Below are positions 58,553-64,000 of a stretch of DNA of 64,000 nucleotides, one piece after another. The DNA is from Bacteroidota bacterium (GTDB taxonomy: Bacteria; Bacteroidota; Bacteroidia; NS11-12g; UBA955). The number at the start of each line of letters is the position of its first letter. Position 1 is the stretch's first letter. The stretch lies in the NCBI GenBank assembly GCA_963169345.1, contig CAUJCT010000047.1, positions 47,076-111,075 on the forward strand. Reading direction: 5' to 3'. The translations under genes and the position numbers were made by a program. The notes below the pieces were generated by a model. That model made no database searches. It worked only from the letters and a program-made list of their open reading frames with translations, and was not told the DNA's origin.

Positions 58553-59817
58553 ATACCATACCGCCTCCGGTTGAGTTTGATTGCCCAAAATGCAAGAAGA
58601 CAAATATCAAATATCTGCATGATCAGACTCTGAATTATATATGCCCTCATTGTTATGTAGTCATTGATAATTTAAACAGAACTTATGATTTTGAACTGAG
58701 GAAAAATGTAAGGAAGTTTTATCTGAAACTGGGTGCTATTGGCATTGTTAAAGATGTGAAGTACATGGTAACCGGTATGCTCAATAAAAAGAGTGTAGAA
58801 GACCATTCGATATGGACTGAATATACTTTGTATAATCCTGAGAAAGGATACGCATGGTTGACAGTTTACGATGGCAACTGGACTTTTGTTGAAGAGATGT
58901 CAGTGCCTCCCTTATATAAATGGCCTTATTACCAAAAGGATTACAGCCGGTATATCAATTATGACAATGATGTTTATACAAAGTTTTTGATATATAATAC
59001 TTTAGTAATTGCCGGAAAAGGGGAGTTTCATTACGACCTGAATTCAGTTGAATCGGCTCTCACCGTTGAATACATCAAACCTCCGTACCTGATTAGTTTT
59101 ACAAAAACTGAAAACGAAATCATGTGGTTTAAGGGCGAATACATTGAAAATGATTTAATACGCTCAGGCTTTGATTTAGATGAACTACCGCGCAAACAAT
59201 CCCAGGGTTATCTGGAAGAGTACAAAGATCAAAACAGAAGCAGAACAGCACTCACCTTATATCTGATAACGCTTTTGATTGCTGCTCTGTATATGCTGGT
59301 TGACAACTCAATTCGTGATAGTACCAAAGTATTGAACTATTCTGAATTTGAAGTTTTGCCCATCGCTATGGACCATTATAAAAAAGTGGGGGAATTTAAA
59401 TTACATCAAAACCATCAGGTGCTTGAATTTAAATTCAGATGTGCTGAACTACACAATGAATGGGCTTATATGGATGTAGAACTATTGGAAAAGAAATCAG
59501 GAAAAACCACATATTTCAATATGCCTGTTGAATTTTATTCAGGATATGATGGAGGCGAATCGTGGACTGAAGGGGATAATGAAAATAATGCCATTCTTTC
59601 AAATATGGAGAAGGGCGAATATTCGGTTGGTATTAAAGCGATAGGCTCAGGAAATACGCCATTAACAGTGAATTTGAGTGTAGAGAAAAATATTCCGATT
59701 TTCAGAAACTTTTTCATGCTGGTACTCGTTGCCAGTATTGTTCCGCTTTACCACCTCTATAAATCCAGAAAATTCGAAATTAATCGATGGTTACATAGCA
59801 ATTTAAACGATGAATAA
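58540..59817 (+). CDS. zinc-ribbon + DUF4178-like protein with C-terminal membrane segments
   Basis: N-terminal CPKC...CPHC ribbon. Paralogous fold to the previous gene. Hydrophobic helices LTLYLITLLIAALYMLV and FFMLVLVASIVPLY. Confidence 0.45.
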   Translation: MEYLNTIPPPVEFDCPKCKKTNIKYLHDQTLNYICPHCYVVIDNLNRTYDFELRKNVRKFYLKLGAIGIVKDVKYMVTGMLNKKSVEDHSIWTEYTLYNPEKGYAWLTVYDGNWTFVEEMSVPPLYKWPYYQKDYSRYINYDNDVYTKFLIYNTLVIAGKGEFHYDLNSVESALTVEYIKPPYLISFTKTENEIMWFKGEYIENDLIRSGFDLDELPRKQSQGYLEEYKDQNRSRTALTLYLITLLIAALYMLVDNSIRDSTKVLNYSEFEVLPIAMDHYKKVGEFKLHQNHQVLEFKFRCAELHNEWAYMDVELLEKKSGKTTYFNMPVEFYSGYDGGESWTEGDNENNAILSNMEKGEYSVGIKAIGSGNTPLTVNLSVEKNIPIFRNFFMLVLVASIVPLYHLYKSRKFEINRWLHSNLNDE

Positions 59818-59879
59818 ATTAATTAACGATATCCGTTTGGGCATTCGACTCAATAAATTCTATACAATCTATCTGTTGA

Positions 59880-60224
59880 TTGTATTGGGATTTTTTGTTT
59901 ACTTGCAATATTCCGGTTATGCCTTGTTTAGTTCTCCAAACGACAAGGAGGTTAACACTGGTGGCGGTAACTCGGGCCGATCATCTTATTTTTATCATAA
60001 ATAATATTATGGAAAATTATATACACATAAAAGCAATTATAGCATCTGTTACCTTTTCAATTATCGGAACAGTTTTGCTCCTCCTGATGTTTTGGATTGT
60101 TGAGAAATTAACACCTGAAAACCTTTGGAAAGAAATTCTTGTCAATCAAAATAAAGCTCTTGCTATAGTTATTGGAGCTTTCGTGCTTGCAATCGGTATC
60201 ATCATTGCATCTGCTATTCATTGA
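59880..60224 (+). CDS. small DUF350-like membrane protein
   Basis: 114 aa, about 3 TM. Overlaps the next gene by 4 nt. Confidence 0.45.
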   Translation: MYWDFLFTCNIPVMPCLVLQTTRRLTLVAVTRADHLIFIINNIMENYIHIKAIIASVTFSIIGTVLLLLMFWIVEKLTPENLWKEILVNQNKALAIVIGAFVLAIGIIIASAIH

Positions 60225-61723
60225 AGAACTCTGTCTTACTTCTGATCTCTGTATTTGTTATCGCAACCTGTGGCTTAATCTATGAATTGGTCGCAGGCAC
60301 TCTTGCAAGTTATTTGCTGGGTGATTCAATTACTCAGTTTTCGACTATCATAGGTCTGTATTTGTTTTCAATGGGTATAGGGTCCTTTCTGTCCAAATTT
60401 GTAAAGGGAAATTTGCTCAGTAAATTTATTCAGATTGAATTCCTAATCGGTTTTCTTGGTGGTGTAAGTAGTGGTCTTCTATTTTACTTGTTTAATTATG
60501 TCGACTCATTCAGGATAATATTATACGCACTGGTTGCTATCACTGGTACTTTGGTCGGGATAGAAATTCCCTTAATCATGCGAATACTGAAAGATAATTT
60601 CAAATTCAATGACTTGATTTCAAATGTCTTTACTTTTGACTATATAGGAGCACTATTAGCATCTTTAATTTTTCCTCTGATATTGGTGCCTTATCTCGGA
60701 TTGATTAAAACGTCTTTGTTGTTTGGAGTACTAAATGTTTCTGTAGGATTGGTGCTGTGTTTCAGTTTGGATAAAGCCCATGTTTGGGTAAATAAATTGA
60801 AAGCCATTGGTATGGCAGTTGTATTGCTTTTAATTGTTGGTTTTGCTTTTTCTGATGCTTTAACTCAACACAATGAAGAAGTTTTCCTGGGCGAGAAAAT
60901 TATAATTGCACGCTCTTCTCCTTATCAAAGGGTTATAGTGACTTCCAATAAAGGCAGATTCAGATTGTACCTCAATGGCAATCTCCAGTTCAGCAGCGAT
61001 GATGAATACCGTTACCATGAAGCTCTGGTACATCCGCCATTTAGATTTAATTCAGACATTAATCGTGTTCTGGTTTTAGGTGGTGGAGATGGTATGGCAG
61101 TGCGTGAACTACTTAAATACAAGCAGATTTCATCCATTCAATTGGTGGATCTCGACCCGGTCATGTTGAAATTGTTTAAGGAAAATTCTCTGCTGGCCAA
61201 ACTCAATCAACATGCACTCAGCGATAAAAGGCTGAAAGTGTACAACGATGATGCAATGAAGTGGGTAGCGATTTGCAAGGATTCATTTGACCTGATTTGT
61301 GTTGACTTCCCTGACCCCGGAAATTATGCTATTGGTAAACTCTACACCAATACTTTTTATAAATCGATTCAACCACTGTTAAAATCTAAAGGTCTTATGG
61401 TGGTGCAATCTACTTCTCCTTTTTTTGCACCTAAATCGTTTTGGTGTGTAGAACATACCATTCAATCTGTCGGATTTAATACACTGCCTTACCATATATA
61501 CCTGCCTTCTTTTGGCGAATGGGGTTTTGTGATGGCTAGCAAACAATCGATATTAAACCATTCAGGACATTTTGCAGATGGTTTAAAATTTATCAACGAC
61601 GAAACCTTTCAAACTGCCACTGTTTTTCCTGCTGATATGAAAGCAGATAAGGTAGATGTCAATAGATTGGATAATCAGGTTTTGGTCAATTATTTTGAAG
61701 ATGAATGGGGTAAAATTCAATGA
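60221..61723 (+). CDS. speE: polyamine aminopropyltransferase (spermidine synthase) with N-terminal multi-TM domain
   Basis: About 200 aa of TM helices, then VLVLGGGDGMAVRELLKY...VDLDPVML...DFPDP, the spermidine synthase SAM-binding and catalytic motifs. Confidence 0.8.
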   Translation: MKNSVLLLISVFVIATCGLIYELVAGTLASYLLGDSITQFSTIIGLYLFSMGIGSFLSKFVKGNLLSKFIQIEFLIGFLGGVSSGLLFYLFNYVDSFRIILYALVAITGTLVGIEIPLIMRILKDNFKFNDLISNVFTFDYIGALLASLIFPLILVPYLGLIKTSLLFGVLNVSVGLVLCFSLDKAHVWVNKLKAIGMAVVLLLIVGFAFSDALTQHNEEVFLGEKIIIARSSPYQRVIVTSNKGRFRLYLNGNLQFSSDDEYRYHEALVHPPFRFNSDINRVLVLGGGDGMAVRELLKYKQISSIQLVDLDPVMLKLFKENSLLAKLNQHALSDKRLKVYNDDAMKWVAICKDSFDLICVDFPDPGNYAIGKLYTNTFYKSIQPLLKSKGLMVVQSTSPFFAPKSFWCVEHTIQSVGFNTLPYHIYLPSFGEWGFVMASKQSILNHSGHFADGLKFINDETFQTATVFPADMKADKVDVNRLDNQVLVNYFEDEWGKIQ

Positions 61724-63348
61724 GTGATTCCCGGAAAATATCCAGAAAAACTTTCGTTAAATTGGGGCTCCTGGCCAGTGCAGGCGCAGGTATTGGTATT
61801 TGGTCGTGGTCGAAGTCTCAACCTGAAAAATCAAATCAATGGTCTCTTAATTCGGTCAACAACAATGCCGATATCGCTCACATGATGCGGGATGGTATTC
61901 ATATAGTACCCAATCAAATTATCGAAATGCCTGTAGTGATTTTAGGCGCGGGTGTAGCAGGTATGTCTGCAGCTATGCACTTATCTCAGGCTGGTATGAA
62001 CGAATATGTCTTGCTCGAAATGGGCGAACAAAACGGAGGCAATTCTGTTTCCGGGAGCAATGATACAAGTGCTTTTCCCTGGGGTGCTCACTATTTGCCA
62101 TTGCCCAATTTAAATCAACCTGAACTTATCGATTTTTTACATCGATCTGGAATCATCACTGGTTTCGATGCCAATCAATTACCGGTCTATGATGAAATTA
62201 ATATTTGTTTTGACCCTGAAGAACGGTTATTTATTGATGGGAAATGGAGAGATGGTATTGAACCTGAATCTGCACTTTCTTCCAAAGATATTGAGCAGTT
62301 GGAATCTTTTCATTCTATGATGAAGGACTACCAGAACAGTATCGGAAGCGATGGTAAAGAAGCTTTCTGTATCCCTGTTCATCTGTCTTCAAGAGATGAA
62401 GCGTTTCTGAAACTGGATGAATTATCCATGGCCGATTTTTGCAAGAACAATGGCTTCGATTCCGAATTTTTGAAATGGTATGTCAATTACGCTTGTCTCG
62501 ATGACTATGGAGCTGATGCAGATACAGTCTCAGCATGGGCAGGTATTCATTATTTCGCCTCAAGAAAAGGAAAGGCAGCCAATGTTAAGACCGGGCAATG
62601 CCTGACCTGGCCTGAAGGCAACTACCGTTTAATCCAAAAACTTCAAAACAATATTAAGGGTCAATCATTGTCGCATCAGTTGGTTTATAAAGTAGATAAA
62701 GTCAATGAAGTTTACCAGATAGATGTTTATGATTATAAACTGAAAACATACAAACGCTATCAAACCAAACAAGTTATTGCAGCTCTGCCAAATTTTGTTT
62801 GCAAACGTATTTTTAACTCAGCTCTGATACCAGTTGAATCTGTGAGCTATCAGTACTATCCCTGGCTGGTAGCCAATATGAAAGTGGATTACAGAAAGCT
62901 AAAGTCTAATGGTGTCAGATTGAGCTGGGATAATGTGGTATACGGCAGATCTTCTCTTGGATATGTGAATGCCTGTCATCAACATTTGAATTACTCTGAA
63001 TCTTTGTTGAATTTAACTTTTTATCTTCCAATAAAAAAGGGAGAGGCGTCTGAGTCGCGCCAATGGGCCGGGTCTCAGACAAAGGAGAGTTGGAAACAAC
63101 TTATTTTAAATGAACTCGAAGTAGCTCATCCGGATGTAAATGAGGCCATCATCGACATGCAATACAAATTATGGGGACATGCCATGATAGCGCCTGTTAA
63201 GGGGTTTATCTCTGCAAAGTTGAGAAAAACAAAAACGCCATCTCAGGGATTGTATTTTGCACATAGCGACCAAAGTGGAATTTCTATTTTTGAAGAAGCT
63301 TTTTATCACGGTATTAAAGCCGCAAAATCCATTTTATCTCACGTATGA
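61720..63348 (+). CDS. FAD-dependent amine-oxidase-like oxidoreductase
   Basis: VVILGAGVAGMSAAMHL dinucleotide-binding motif plus ...GGN... 542 aa. Overlaps speE by 4 nt. Confidence 0.65.
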   Translation: MSDSRKISRKTFVKLGLLASAGAGIGIWSWSKSQPEKSNQWSLNSVNNNADIAHMMRDGIHIVPNQIIEMPVVILGAGVAGMSAAMHLSQAGMNEYVLLEMGEQNGGNSVSGSNDTSAFPWGAHYLPLPNLNQPELIDFLHRSGIITGFDANQLPVYDEINICFDPEERLFIDGKWRDGIEPESALSSKDIEQLESFHSMMKDYQNSIGSDGKEAFCIPVHLSSRDEAFLKLDELSMADFCKNNGFDSEFLKWYVNYACLDDYGADADTVSAWAGIHYFASRKGKAANVKTGQCLTWPEGNYRLIQKLQNNIKGQSLSHQLVYKVDKVNEVYQIDVYDYKLKTYKRYQTKQVIAALPNFVCKRIFNSALIPVESVSYQYYPWLVANMKVDYRKLKSNGVRLSWDNVVYGRSSLGYVNACHQHLNYSESLLNLTFYLPIKKGEASESRQWAGSQTKESWKQLILNELEVAHPDVNEAIIDMQYKLWGHAMIAPVKGFISAKLRKTKTPSQGLYFAHSDQSGISIFEEAFYHGIKAAKSILSHV

Positions 63349-64000
63349 AACAGGCTTATATACATCATGCAAAGTTCGACTGGTTCTTTATAATCGCGCC
63401 TCCCTTTGTGTGCCTGTTCATCGTTTTGTTGATGCCTTCATTGTTTCATTCTGGCAATGAAGTAGCTGGATTCTCCTGGCTTCTGTTAATAGTGCTCATC
63501 GATGTCGCGCATGTCTACAGCACAGGTTTTAGAACTTACTTCGATAAAGAGATGTCTGATAAGTTCAGACAGGTTTTTATAAGTGTTCCAATTATATCAT
63601 TCGTTATTGGTGTGTTGGTATATGCAGTACAACCCATGTTGTTTTGGCGTGTCCTAGCCTATCTCGCAGTGTTTCATTTTGTCAGACAGCAGTACGGTTT
63701 TATGCGTCTTTATGGAAGAAACGATAACATGCCCGCATACAAAAAACGGATAGATGCTATAGCCATATACAGTGCAACTTTATATCCATTGTTGTACTGG
63801 CATTTCTCCAATGACCGAACATTTAACTGGTTCTTAAAAGGGGATTTTGTTCTATCAGATATACCTGAAATGAGAACTGTTTTGGGAATAATTTATGTGA
63901 TTATTTGTCTCGTTTATATCATCAGCGAAATTCATTCAGTCATTCAGAAAAAATATATCAATTTGCCTAAAAACGCGCTCTTGCTTGGTACTGCTTTGTC
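63345..64000 (+). CDS. integral membrane protein, partial (runs off the window end); not in the ORF track
   Basis: ATG at 63345 overlaps the upstream stop (ATGA). Manual translation MKQAYIHHAKFDWFFIIAPPFVCLFIVLLMP... stays open for 218 codons and has several hydrophobic helices. Confidence 0.45.
   Translation, partial: MKQAYIHHAKFDWFFIIAPPFVCLFIVLLMPSLFHSGNEVAGFSWLLLIVLIDVAHVYSTGFRTYFDKEMSDKFRQVFISVPIISFVIGVLVYAVQPMLFWRVLAYLAVFHFVRQQYGFMRLYGRNDNMPAYKKRIDAIAIYSATLYPLLYWHFSNDRTFNWFLKGDFVLSDIPEMRTVLGIIYVIICLVYIISEIHSVIQKKYINLPKNALLLGTAL

Noticed and set aside
1-64000. Search for CRISPR arrays, tRNA/rRNA genes, transposases, integrases or phage genes
   Set aside because: There are no regularly spaced direct repeats with unique spacers. 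The 8-mer tracts and the AACCTG palindrome array have no spacer structure. There are no GGTTCGAATCC-type T-loop/cloverleaf candidates in intergenic regions, and no transposase or integrase-like ORFs. The window looks like core chromosome, not a mobile island.

Overview
This window appears to be a Bacteroidota chromosome segment (about 40% GC). The taxon call rests on four things: a dense set of T9SS C-terminal sorting-domain proteins of both type A and type B, Bacteroidetes-style TAnnTTTG -7 promoter boxes, no Shine-Dalgarno dependence, and a uppS-bamA / yceD-rpmF-plsX-fabH-accB-accC core gene order.

About 54 protein-coding genes are listed below. They include housekeeping blocks for fatty-acid initiation, BamA, glmS, mdh, ppiB, pcm, a fused branched-chain 2-oxoacid dehydrogenase E1, and a metB-like/hom pair. 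They also include several very large secreted adhesin-like T9SS substrates.

I found no tRNA or rRNA genes, no CRISPR array, and no transposase or integrase.

Non-coding highlights:
- A clear SAM-I (S-box) riboswitch with an intrinsic terminator sits ahead of the metB-like/hom pair.
- A previously unannotated composite intergenic repeat family has five forward copies and one inverted copy of a ~105-bp unit containing a TTGCGCAA palindrome. It is always associated with (GTTAAGTC)n 8-mer microsatellites and occurs at three loci.
- A 13-bp palindrome, AACCTGNCAGGTT, recurs at gene 3' ends and forms a tandem array at 53.8-54.0 kb.

Coding-side leads:
- A five-gene operon of small lipoproteins plus a twin-arginine-exported protein. 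Its motifs resemble the DUF1549 / DUF1501 / PSCyt 'PSD' proteins of Planctomycetes, but split into domain-sized genes and translationally coupled to a type-B T9SS cargo.
- A conserved but functionally uncharacterised polyamine cluster: speH, two zinc-ribbon DUF4178-like genes, a DUF350-like gene, a membrane-fused spermidine synthase, a flavin amine oxidase and a membrane protein.
- A stand-alone LytTR DNA-binding protein with a candidate 22-bp-period direct-repeat operator.
- Tandem paralogous secreted proteins.
- A bacterial Kir-type K+ channel.
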